From contig OZ024741.1 in the NCBI GenBank assembly GCA_964016885.1, forward strand, positions 112,778,001 to 112,842,000: 64,000 bases of DNA. The letters run 5' to 3'. Source of the stretch: Eledone cirrhosa (lineage: Eukaryota). The notes below the pieces were generated by a model. That model did no database searches. It saw only the letters and a program-made list of their open reading frames with translations, and was not told where the DNA came from. Position numbers and translations under genes: made by a program. Below are positions 14,058 to 25,620 of this stretch, in pieces. The first letter of the stretch is position 1. Each line of letters opens with the position of its first letter.

Positions 14058-14198
14058 GCAGTACTGGGCTGGTTCTTTTTTTTATTGACCTCGAGAGGAT
14101 GAAAGGCAAAGTTAATCTCGGCGGGATTTGAATTCAGAGAGCAGAGAGCCGGAACGAATGCCTTCTATCTGATGTTCTAATGACTCTGCCAATTCGCC
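14058..14198 (-). mobile_element. Nin/Deu-domain tRNA-derived SINE
   Basis: Reverse complement of TTCAAATCCCGCCGAG.TTAACTTTGCCTTTCATCCT...GGTCAATAAA. Confidence 0.75.
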
Positions 14199-14199
14199 C

Positions 14200-14362
<163 letters not shown>

Positions 14363-14449
14363 TATATATACATGTATATATATATATATGTTTATATACA
14401 TATGTTTATATATATATATATATATATATATACATGTGTGTATATATAG

Positions 14450-14960
14450 ACACTGGTAACATGTATTCCAGTACAACCTGTTCCATGGTCGGGTCGTTGG
14501 CGACTAAACTGGCAACCCCACCAAGGTTTCTTGGTGAGGAGGGTGATTTTGGACATCCTGCAGGACTCAAAAACAAAACCTGTCAAAAGACAAAGGAGCT
14601 CTTAAGAGTCAATGACCATCCAAAATCACTGGGAGAGATGACCCCTTAGCCTTTGTCAAGGCAGAATTCTAGGAGAAGGAAAACTCTGATATAACACCTG
14701 CAACCCTGATGGTATCCAATGATGTTGTCTTGTTCTTCTTTTTGGAAAATATCATCCTGGTTAAGAGAGTGGGACTGGCTTTGTGCAGTGCCTTTGCTCA
14801 CTATAAAAGCTTCACGGCGCAGGTATTGCTTTATATCTGGAGATCTCTCTGCACTTGTCGTCACATGGTGCCATGGGCCCAGCACTATGTGTCAATAATT
14901 GTCACAGGTGTGTTTGTACCAAAGTTTTCAAGTCACTGGCTGGACTAAAAATGTCACACT
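14450..14960 (+). mobile_element. 5' region of a non-LTR retrotransposon (structured 5'UTR plus decayed N-terminal C2H2 finger)
   Basis: CTAGGAGAAGGAAAACTCTGA 5'UTR-type motif; CVCTKVFKSLAGLKM(S)H zinc-finger-like peptide; related fragment at ~43705-43750. Confidence 0.45.
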
Positions 14961-15295
14961 CGTTCAGCGCATCGGTACGGGTTCTGACACACACAGAAAC
15001 AAGATGGCATAGGACAGAACAAAAACAAAGAAAAGAATCCCCAGTCACTGAAGAGGTCACAGAATGTGTGACGAAAGAACTTTGACAATATATAAACAAC
15101 CATCTGATTGTGGAACCAACCAACCAACCGGAAATTTATAAATTCCTAAATTTATAAATTTATTATAATAAATTGAAGTGAAAGCAAATGGTGTGTGTGT
15201 TCCTTATTGGCAGCATGGCCCTCCCAAAGTATAACAATATCGGTTTCAACACACGTTTTCAGATAAAGAATCTTGCTAAACAAATTCAGAAAGGA
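14960..15295 (+). mobile_element. Penelope-like pseudo-LTR fragment
   Basis: Contains a complete hammerhead, then AACCAACCAA and CCCTCCCAAAGTATAACAATAT. The same motif series follows the GIY-YIG ORF of the PLE at 17788-19041. Confidence 0.65.
15044..15086 (+). ncRNA. Type-I minimal hammerhead ribozyme
   Basis: GTCA-CTGAAGA-G-GTCACA(GAATG)TGTGAC-GAAA-GAAC-TT-TGAC: 4-bp stem I, intact core, 6-bp stem II, 2-bp stem III; predicted cleavage after 15082. Confidence 0.8.
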
Positions 15296-15356
15296 AATAT
15301 ATATATATATATATATGAATATATATGTATATATATATTTATATATATATGAATAT

Positions 15357-17716
15357 ACAAGAGTGGTTGTCTTGCTCGCATAGGACTGTCTGGCAGGTTT
15401 TCTACAGTTGGATGCCCTTCCTAACACCAACCACATTTACAGTGTGGGTCTGGGAGGTTTTTACCGTGTTGCCTACACGGCCACATTACAGCGTGGACTG
15501 TGTGTTTTTTTGTCGTGACACCTACACGATCTCATTTGTTTCGGCCTGGATGGCGCGGCACCAACATAACTTTACATAGAACGGGGTGGTGTGGATGGGG
15601 TGGGGGTGGTGGCGGGACGGGGTGTATTTTGTTAGAGATGCCTACTGGCAAGGCGGGTCTTCTCTGTTACTGAGTACCGCCAAAGGTCTCGGTCCAGTGA
15701 CATTGTCTTGGAGAGGTGTAAGTGTGTGAGGTCGGAGTTTATCAGCTCATCCCATGTTTTTCTAGGTCCGCCTATTCCGTGGCTACCGTCTATCTTTATT
15801 GCCCTGCACTTTGTTATACAGCTATCGACTTTCATGCGCATCACGTGTCCATACCAACGCAGCCTTCTCTCGAGTAAACAACATCTGATCCCTCTTATCT
15901 CTAATTTTTTCCTTAGTTCGTTTATGCTTTGCCGTTCACGTATATTACTGTTACACATCCAGCAGAGCATGCAAGCTTCGTTCCTCTCTAGTCTGCATAT
16001 ATCCTCTGCACACAATGCCCAGGACTCACTACCATGCAACATTGCTGTTCGTATGCAGGCATCGTACAACCTGCCTTTCATTTTTAGGGAGAACCCTTTA
16101 GCAGCTAATAGTGGTATAAGCTCTCTGAACTTTTTCCAACCAGTTCTGACTCTAGCTACAGTACTTTCAGAGCACCCTCCCCCACTGCTGATTTTATCGC
16201 CCAGGTAACGGAAGCTGTCCACTATTTCTATAGAACCCTCTGCGCAATTGAAAGAGCTAGTATTTTGTGGGCACTTGCTGCTACTTATTGCACCAGAACA
16301 CCGGCCACATGTAAAATCTATGTTCTTAGTTAGCTTACCTGTGATCCCACTACATCTTTTATGCACCCATACTTTGCATTTAGGACATAAAATGGAGTTT
16401 CTACCTACGCCTTTCCTACACACCGAGCACGACCATTTCCCAGAAGGGACCGCCGCCTTGTTTTCTTTCCTACAAACTAGAACTTTGGTCTTAGCCAGGT
16501 TAATTTTAAGTCCTTTTGACTCTAGGCCGTGCTTCCATGTTTGGAATTTCTTCTCTAGCTCGGCCATTGATTCCGCTATGAGTGTCAGGTCATCTGCGTA
16601 TAGGAGTTCCCATGGGCAGCCTGTCTTGAACTCCTCTGTTATAGCCTGAAGGGCAATAATAAATAGTAGGGGGCTGAGAACAGAGCCCTGATGGACGCCA
16701 ACTTTTACGCTAAACTCTTCACTATATTCGTTGTTAATTCTAACCTTGCTGACTGTTTCTTTATACATGGCTTGTATAGCCCTCACAAGCCATTCGTCAA
16801 CGCCTAGTTTTCTAAGAGCCCACCAGATAATGGAGCGGGGGACTCTGTCGAAGGCTTTCTCCAGGTCGACAAAAGCTAAGTAGAGGGGTCTACCTTTAGC
16901 AAGGTACTTCTCCTGTAGTTGTCGTACTATGAAAAGGGCGTCTGTGGTGCTTTTGCCTGACACAAACCCGAACTGCATTTCATCTAGGTCAATTCTCTCT
17001 CTGATTAGTTGCGCTATTACTTTTTCCGTGACCTTCATGACCTGGTCGATTAATTTAATGCCTCTATAGTTACTCCTATCTAGGGCGTCTCCTTTACCCT
17101 TATAACAGTTAACGATGATGCTGCTATGCCAGTCCTTCGGAACAACCCCATTCTGTACGACTTGGTTAACTATGCGGGTGACCATGGTGTGTCCCACCGT
17201 GCCAGATGCCTTCAGCATCTCAGCAACTATTTCCGAAGGCCCAGCCGCCTTACCCGTCTTCATATCCTTGATTGCCTTACTTATTATACTCCCCTCGACT
17301 AACACTGCTGGTCCCTCTATCGGGTCGATATGGGGGAGACTGTCTTTCTCCCATTTATTCTCCTCATTTAGTAGCCTTTCATAGTGACACTTCCAAGCTA
17401 CCTTCTTATCAGTGTCGGTGATGGCAAGTATGCCATCATCGTTAAGTACACACTTCTCCTCGACAATATCACGGTTTTCCTTGACGCATTGCCTGGCAAT
17501 CCTGAACACCTCACGTTTTTGGTCATCGCGTTGTAGAACATGCTTGAACTTTCTTTCCTCAGCTTCCCTTCTTGCTAAGTACACTTCTCTCCTAGCTTCC
17601 CTCCTGGCCACTTGATAGTCTACTCTACTTCCCCCATCCCGCCATACTTTCCAAGCCTGCTTTTTGGCCTTAATTGACCCCTCCACCCTACTATTCCACC
17701 ACCAAGTTACTCTCAT
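15357..17716 (-). mobile_element. RTE-clade LINE, family A, 5'-truncated, flanked by (TA)n
   Basis: RT ORF plus ~270 bp of 3'UTR, near-identical to 20502-20793. The terminal (GAT)n tail is absent. Confidence 0.95.
15632..17716 (-). CDS. RTE reverse transcriptase ORF (endonuclease missing) with PHD-like finger
   Basis: NYRGIKL, QFGF, AFVDLEKAFDRVPR, GVHQGSVLSPLLF, YADD, FRYLG, RRLRWYGHV; no internal stops. The ORF-track N-terminus (YIYI...) is read-through into (TA)n. Confidence 0.9.
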   Translation of the reverse strand: MRVTWWWNSRVEGSIKAKKQAWKVWRDGGSRVDYQVARREARREVYLARREAEERKFKHVLQRDDQKREVFRIARQCVKENRDIVEEKCVLNDDGILAITDTDKKVAWKCHYERLLNEENKWEKDSLPHIDPIEGPAVLVEGSIISKAIKDMKTGKAAGPSEIVAEMLKASGTVGHTMVTRIVNQVVQNGVVPKDWHSSIIVNCYKGKGDALDRSNYRGIKLIDQVMKVTEKVIAQLIRERIDLDEMQFGFVSGKSTTDALFIVRQLQEKYLAKGRPLYLAFVDLEKAFDRVPRSIIWWALRKLGVDEWLVRAIQAMYKETVSKVRINNEYSEEFSVKVGVHQGSVLSPLLFIIALQAITEEFKTGCPWELLYADDLTLIAESMAELEKKFQTWKHGLESKGLKINLAKTKVLVCRKENKAAVPSGKWSCSVCRKGVGRNSILCPKCKVWVHKRCSGITGKLTKNIDFTCGRCSGAISSSKCPQNTSSFNCAEGSIEIVDSFRYLGDKISSGGGCSESTVARVRTGWKKFRELIPLLAAKGFSLKMKGRLYDACIRTAMLHGSESWALCAEDICRLERNEACMLCWMCNSNIRERQSINELRKKLEIRGIRCCLLERRLRWYGHVMRMKVDSCITKCRAIKIDGSHGIGGPRKTWDELINSDLTHLHLSKTMSLDRDLWRYSVTEKTRLASRHL

Positions 17717-17737
17717 ATATATATATATATATATATA

Positions 17738-17787
<50 letters not shown>

Positions 17788-17794
<7 letters not shown>

Positions 17795-19041
17795 ATACTT
17801 GGGGAGGGTCATATTTGTGTAATATTGCCAGAATTAATAACAGAACACACTCACTGTTTGGTTGGTTTTCGCTTCTGGCTTCTGTTTCTTTTACATCGGT
17901 AATCTAACTTACTCGGTCCACAATGTTGCCATTGACTGACCGACGGTGAAAAATAATGCAGATACAATATAGACACAAACACATATATATAGTTTATCAT
18001 AAATCTTTCGTTGCACATCTGCAACATCGTCAGTGGTGTTATATCTTTCTCCTGTTGTACTGTATGTCTACGCCATTTTTATTCAGTCTGTCTATATATT
18101 TATTTATTTATTTGCTTGTTTGTTTATTTTATTTTGTCCTCTTTGCACATGCGCTTGCGTGTGTGTATAGTGTTTTGTTGACTAGTGTGTGTTTATGTGC
18201 TTGTTATTGTGCATGTGTATGTATTTATTTATTTATTTATTTTATTTTATTTACTTATTTATACTTCTCTTAGGTCAGTGTTGTTTGTTTGGGTGTTGTT
18301 GTTATTCCATTCATTCTTTCTGTTTAGCTTTGGTCTTCTAATTTCTATTTCACTGGCCTCTCTGATTTGCCTATCTGCTGGGTCATTTCTATGTTTAGAT
18401 ATTATTCTAATTTCTATGTTGTCTATGTTACCGTCATGTTGTTGTCTAGCATGTTCGTATAGTACTGAACCGTTTTTTCGTCCTTTTAGTTCCCCCCAGT
18501 GTTGGTCTATCCTTTCACCTATGCTACGAGCTGTCTCACCTATGTATGTTGTTGTCATGTTTCTGCAAGTACCCTCTGTACATCTTATGCTTTAGACTAC
18601 GTTTCTAGTTTTACAGTTTATCCGGGGATTCACCTTACATATGATACATTTCCTATTAGTACAGTGGGTTTTCTTAAAAGGGTAGGTTTTGCTGATCAGG
18701 GATTTTATGGTGGTTCCTGGCTTTTCTACCACCTTTATTTTTAAGTGGGTCTTTCTCAGGGCCTTTCTACACTCGTTAGCTAATTTCCCTCCAGGGGTGG
18801 CGTCCACAAACATGATACTCTGGTATCTCTGGTTGTCGTACCATGAGGTGGCTTTCCCTATCTTATGTCTAGCCCTATCTAAGCTATTCCATGATTTGCT
18901 CCTGTATAATGGGCAAATTCCTTTCATGTCCAGTTCTATGAGGGTCTTATACTTTTCCATGGCTCCTTCGTATACTCTGTGTCTGTTTCTTTGGTTGTAG
19001 CCAGAGAACTGCATGCGGTTGATGAAAACCTCGCAAAACTA
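17788..19041 (-). mobile_element. Penelope-like element, 5'-truncated: RT C-terminus, Cys-rich linker, GIY-YIG endonuclease, pseudo-LTR
   Basis: MQFSGY...FVDATPGGKLA...KVVEKPG..IKSLI...CTNRKCIIC...CKTRNVV*SIRC...YIGETARSIGERIDQH...RQIREA.EI...PKLNRKNEW. A single TAA replaces the Tyr of the first (VVY) motif at 18592-18594. Confidence 0.9.
17996..18037 (-). ncRNA. Type-I minimal hammerhead ribozyme in the PLE pseudo-LTR
   Basis: Minus strand ACCA-CTGACGA-T-GTTGCA(GATG)TGCAAC-GAAA-GATT-TA-TGAT; same strand as, and ~220 bp downstream of, the GIY-YIG ORF. Stem I is imperfect. Confidence 0.75.
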
Positions 19042-20061
<1,020 letters not shown>

Positions 20062-20380
20062 CATAATCTATAAAGCTCAGTGTATGGTCTCATTTCTTTG
20101 TTATAGAAATTTACGATATAGTAGCAGAAAGTATGAAGTTTTATAGATTTTGAAGGGTAATAGAAAGATTTTACCAGTTGAAATGAGAGAGACAAATCGT
20201 AAAATAATGAGTTTTGTAGATTTTTTGTGTAATTGTGGGTGAAATTGAAAAAAATATATGTGCCATGACCCAATCAAAACTATTTCGAATACTGAATTGT
20301 AAATTTCAATTGAAGAAATTCTATATCGTATATTTCTATAACAAAGAAATGTGACCATACACTGAGCTTTATAGATTATG
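20062..20380. mobile_element. MITE with ~60-bp TIRs inserted in (TA)n
   Basis: CATAATCTATAAAGCTCAGTGTATGGTCTCATTTCTTTGTTATAGAAATTTACGATATAG versus its reverse complement at 20321-20380 (about 2 mismatches). Confidence 0.85.
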
Positions 20381-20396
20381 ATATATTATATATATG

Positions 20397-20436
<40 letters not shown>

Positions 20437-20470
20437 TATATGTATATATATATATATACATATATATATG

Positions 20471-20501
<31 letters not shown>

Positions 20502-20874
20502 GCCAGTAGGCATCTCTAACAAACTACACCCCGTCCCGCCACCACCCCCACCCCATCCACACCACCCCGTTCCATGTAAAGTTATGTTGGTGCCGCGCCA
20601 TCCAGGCCGAAACAAACGAGATCGTGTAGGTGTCACGACAAAAAAACACACAGTCCACGCTGTAATGTGGCCGTGTAGGCAACACGGTAAAAACCTCCCA
20701 GACCCACACTGTAAATGTGGTTGGTGTTAGGAAGGGCATCCAACTGTAGAAAATCTGCCAGACAGTCCTATGCGAGCAAGACAATCACTCTTGCCTCAAG
20801 TGGGACTACCCCCGTCCAAACCCATGCAAGCGTGGAACACGGACGTTAAACGTTGATGATGATGATGATGATGA
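20502..20874 (+). mobile_element. RTE family A complete 3'UTR with (GAT)n tail
   Basis: Begins at the ORF end (ASRHL*), near-identical to the reverse complement of 15357-15650, and ends CCCATGCAAGCGTGGAACACGGACGTTAAACGTT(GAT)n. Confidence 0.9.
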
Positions 20875-20939
20875 TTATATATATATATTATATATATGAG
20901 TATATATATATATATTATATATATATATTATATGTATGA

Positions 20940-21004
<65 letters not shown>

Positions 21005-21027
21005 GAATATATATATATATATAACTC

Positions 21028-21078
21028 AGTTTCAGAAGATCCCGCTAAGGGTGAAAGCAGCGATTCTTTGCTTAAACT
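21028..21078 (+). ncRNA. Type-I hammerhead motif with core variant (CAGAAGA)
   Basis: AGTTT-CAGAAGA-TCCC(GCTAA)GGGT-GAAA-GCA(GCGATTCTT)TGC-TT-AAACT: 5-bp stem I and 4-5-bp stem III; U4 replaced by A. Confidence 0.6.
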
Positions 21079-21477
21079 TTATTCTTTTATTTTAATGAAT
21101 ATTTGCTCTACGGTTCTTATATATTTGATATATATTTATCCTTATCTGTCTACAAGATATTTATCTGTCTTCAAGAACAAACTGGTAAATGAATTAATTA
21201 TCTAATGTTGTTTATTATATAACTATATTATATTATATGATTATATATATATATTATATTAAATGAAGTATTTCCATAGGAAATATATGTCTTCAAGAAA
21301 CCACTGGTAAATGAATTAAATATCTTATATTGTTTATTACATAACTGTATTATATTATATGAATATATATATATATATATTATATATATATATATATATG
21401 AATATATATATATATATATGAATATATATGAATTTCATATATATAAATATTATATTATATGAATATATATATATATA

Positions 21478-21768
21478 TGTTGGTATAACATTCAGTCCAA
21501 AATAAATGAGGTCGTGTAGCTGTCACAACAAATAAAACCACACAGTCCATGCTGTAATGTGGCCGTGTAGGTAACATGATAAAAACCTCTCAGTCCACAC
21601 AGTAAACTTGGTTGGTGTTAGAAAGGGCATCGAGCCGCAGAACATCTGGCAGAAAATCTATACAAGCGAGACATGGTCTCCCCACCAATCTTTTCTCAAG
21701 TGGGACAATTGTTGTCTAAACCCATGCTAGCGTGGAAGATAGACGTTAAAAGATGATGATGATGATGA
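21478..21768 (+). mobile_element. Older RTE family A 3'UTR copy
   Basis: Diverged homologue of 20585-20874 with a (GAT)n tail. Confidence 0.85.
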
Positions 21769-21820
21769 TATATATGTATATAGGAATATATAGGAATATA
21801 TATATTATATTATATGAATA

Positions 21821-21857
<37 letters not shown>

Positions 21858-21899
21858 TTGAATATATAGGAATATATATATATTATATTATAATAATAA

Positions 21900-22083
21900 T
21901 TTTTCTACTTTTGGCACAAAGCCAGCAATGAACCAGTATATTACTGGTACTTTATTTTATTGACCCCCGTAAAGATGAAAGGCAAAGTTAACCTCTTCAG
22001 GATTTGAACTCAGAATGTAAAGGGACGTAACTATGCTAGAAAGCATGGCATCCAACCCTCTACCGATACTGCCAATTCACCGC
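21900..22083 (-). mobile_element. Nin/Deu-domain SINE
   Basis: Homologous to the full copy at 38736-38925. Confidence 0.85.
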
Positions 22084-22099
22084 AATACTATTTATAGTT

Positions 22100-23031
22100 A
22101 TGTATATATAGTATAAACAACTATAAACAGTAAGGTCAGTAATTTCTTAATTACCTTATTACTAGTAAGAGAAATAGCTCAATGTATGAACATCAGTTGT
22201 TTTCCAGAGCAGTAAAATGAATAAATTATACAATTATTAAAGTTGTGTTCAAATCATTTAATAGCTGACAATCGTTTCTTCCAAACTCTCGTTTGGAGTC
22301 ATCGGAGCATTATCAATGTTTGCACATATAATTAACCTCCTATTCAACTGAACAATAATATAGATACGTATAAATTGATGTTGAGAGCAACAGTTTCGTA
22401 TTTACAGGGTGGAATGGATGTGACATATTTTACGAGAATTGTACAATAATTGTACAAATATTCAAGTTCAAATTCAAATTTACAAAAACTGTATGTTTCT
22501 CAACACACATTAATTCGAACACCATCAACATTCAACATCTACCATTAACATATTTGCTTTAACTGCAGTATTTATTCATCTATATATGCATAATAGCTTT
22601 GCTTGTCTCCTTCTCATGTGACTTACGCAGTCACACTATCCATACGCCTACATATAAATTGTTATTGCACTCTTCCTTTCTCAAAACTACTTCCTCAACG
22701 CCTCTTTAATATTTGGACTATTCCCTTGTTTTAACTGTTGCATGTATTCCACTCCGTGCTTTTGATTTTGATTTTGAATTTGAACTTGAATGTTTGTACA
22801 ATTATTGTACAATTCTCGTAAAATATGTCACATCCATTCCACCCTGTAAATACGAAACTGTTGCTCACAACATCAATTTATACATATCTATATTATTGTT
22901 CAGTTGAATAGGAGGTTAATTATATGTGCAAACATTGATAATGCTCCGATGACTCCAAACGAGAGTCGGGAAGAAACGATTGTCAGCTATTAAATGATTT
23001 GAACACAACTTTGATAATTGTATAATTTATT
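22100..23031. mobile_element. Head-to-head inverted pair of PLE-type pseudo-LTRs (arms 22220-22478 and 22773-23031)
   Basis: ~260-bp arms with few mismatches and a ~290-bp spacer; each arm carries an outward-reading hammerhead motif (22264-22308 minus, 22943-22987 plus). Confidence 0.75.
22264..22308 (-). ncRNA. Hammerhead motif, CCGATGA core variant
   Basis: GCT-CCGATGA-C-TCCAAAC(GAGA)GTTTGGA-A-GAAA-CGATTG-TC-AGC; 7-bp stem II with GAGA tetraloop. The mirrored copy at 22943-22987 has two stem-II changes. Confidence 0.6.
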
Positions 23032-23040
23032 TATATTATA

Positions 23041-23970
23041 CTAGCAGTAAAGCCCGGCGTTGCTCGGGGTCGCTCAGTAGCTGTGTTAAAGTTAAATGTT
23101 AAGTTTCTTTCTTGGCTTAAAAACTGTAGTGTCTACTGTGCAGACTTGCATGTGGTGTTTTTGATTAATATTCCCTCAACCAACAATATGCCTTATGAAG
23201 TTAAGAAAACATAACGATAACCCGAATGTTATAACAAAAGAGGATGCTGGGGATAGAAACTGCACTGGTTATTTATTAACAAAGATCGAAAATGTAAACA
23301 CTGCAACGCAGAGCAAAACATTAGCGTAACCAAATTATCAGTTATGTCTGTCTGCACGCCTATATCACCTCTCTGCACGACTGTCTGTCAGCACGCCTAT
23401 ATCACCTCTCTGCACGACTGTCTGTCTGCACGCCTATATCACCTCTCTGCACGACTATCTGTCTGCACGCGTATATCACCTCTCTGCACGACTGTCTGTC
23501 TGCACGACTGTCTGTCTGCACGACTGTCTGTCTGCACGCCTAACGACGAAATATTTGCTTGTTTTACCTAGTCTTTAAATAGACTTGTTTTCAAGTAAAA
23601 ATATTGTTTTAAAATGCTTTTAAATGGAAATGAAGCAAAACGGAAGCTTAATGTTCGAACTGATGAATTTTGCAGGTCAATATTTTGCTGGCTCGACAAC
23701 TGTTAAAGCCAGCGTAATTTTTTACGTAAGACGCTCAATGTAAACAGAACAAAGGGAAATAACTGATAACTTACGCTCAAAAATCGATACATTATATTCG
23801 ATTTCGTCACATAGGGTGGGTCAATTTGAAATTTTTTATTTTCCGATGTCTTCGCTAGGGCTCAATGTACAAGTATAGCAATTTCGGTGCAATTCCGTGA
23901 GAGATTCTAAGAGGAGATGTGTGCCAAAAATCGATAGACAGACAGACAACCACAGTTTTATATATATAGA
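23041..23970 (-). mobile_element. Non-autonomous Helitron (~930 bp)
   Basis: Minus strand A|TCTATATATATAAAA...(CTGT)n ... CCCGAGCAACGCCGGG hairpin ... CTAG|T: canonical 5'-TC and 3'-CTAG ends, A|T target, no TSD. Confidence 0.85.
23345..23541 (+). repeat. Minisatellite inside the Helitron (37-bp unit with 16-bp subunits)
   Basis: TGTCTGTCTGCACGCCTATATCACCTCTCTGCACGAC x4, then TGTCTGTCTGCACGAC x2-3. Confidence 0.9.
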
Positions 23971-24579
23971 TTATATGAAAAAAAATAAAATATATATATT
24001 ATATATATGAATATATATATTATATATAAATATATATATATATATTATCTATGAATATATGTATATATATATTATATATATGAATATATATATATATTAT
24101 ATATATGTATATATATATATTACATATATGTATATATATATATATATATTATATATATGTATATATATATATTATATATATGTATATATATATATATATA
24201 TATTATATATATGTATATATATATATATATTATATATATGTATATATATATATATTATATATATGTATATATATATATATATATATTATATATATGTATA
24301 TATATATATATTATATATATGTATATATATATTTATATATATCAGAATATATAGGAATATACATATATATATATTATATTATATGAATATATATATGAGT
24401 ATATAGGAATATACATATATATATATTATATATATATGAATATATAGGAATATACGTATATATATATTATATAATATGAATATATATATATATATATATA
24501 ACTATTATATATTAATATATAGTAATATACATATATATATATATTATATGATGATGTATAATATATATATATATATATA

Positions 24580-25620
24580 TCATCATCATCATCATCGTTT
24601 AACATCTATCTTTCACGCTAGCATGGGTTTAGACGGGAATTCTCCCATTTGAGTCAAGATTAGTCGTCTCGCTCGTATAGGACTGTCTGGCAGGTTTTCT
24701 TTGGCTGGATGCCCTTCCTAACACCAACCACATTTACAGTGTGGACTAGGAGGTTTTTAATGTGTTATCTACACGGCCACATTACAGCGTGGACTGTGTG
24801 TTTTTTTTTGTCGTGACACCTACACAGCCTCATTTATTCAGGCCTGGATGTTGTGGTACCAACATAACTTTACAGAGAATGGGGTGGTGTTGATGGGGGT
24901 CTGGGTGGGGGAGTTTGGGTAGTGGGATGGGGGTGTATATTTGATTAAGAGGTGCCTACTGACTGTAGGTTTTGCTTTGTATCTAGGCAAGGTGGATTTT
25001 CTGTATTACTGCGTAGCACCAAAGATCCCGGTCCAGTGACATTGTCTTAGAGAGGTGTAAGTGTGTAAGGTCGGAATTTATCAAATCGTCCCAGGTTTTT
25101 CTGGATCTACCTACTCCGTAACTTCCGTCAATTTTGATCGCCCTGCCCTTTTTTATACAGCTGTTGTCTTTCATGCGTATCACCTGACCATACCAACGTT
25201 GTCTTCTCTCGAATAAACAGCATCTGATCCCTCTTATACCTTATTTCTCACTTTGTTCATTTATGCTTTGCTGTTCACGTATATTACTATTAGACATCCA
25301 GCGGAGCATGCATTCTTCATTCCTCTCCAGTTTGTGCAGATACTTTGCACACAATGCCCATGTCTCACTGCCATGTAACATAGCTGTTCGTATGCAGGGC
25401 CTTTCATTCGTATGCAGTCTGCCTTTCATTTAGAGAGAAACCTTTAGCGGCCAATAGTGGTATAAGCTATCTGAACTTTTTCCATCCCGTTCTGACTCTG
25501 GCTACTGTACTTTCTGAGCACCCTCCACCACTGCTGATTTTGTCACCCAGGTAACGAAAGGTGTCCTCTATTTCTATAGAGACATCTGGGCAATAGAAGG
25601 AGCTAGTATCCTGTGGATAG
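24580..25620 (-). mobile_element. RTE family A 3' fragment (~1 kb), decayed
   Basis: Homologous to 15357-16275 plus tail; frameshifts near 25230-25410. Confidence 0.9.

Noticed and set aside
15225-15280. CTGAAAA-CGTGTGTT-GAAAC..GTT on the minus strand as a second hammerhead
   Set aside because: G8 is missing, stem II is poor, and it is antisense to the real hammerhead of this terminus.
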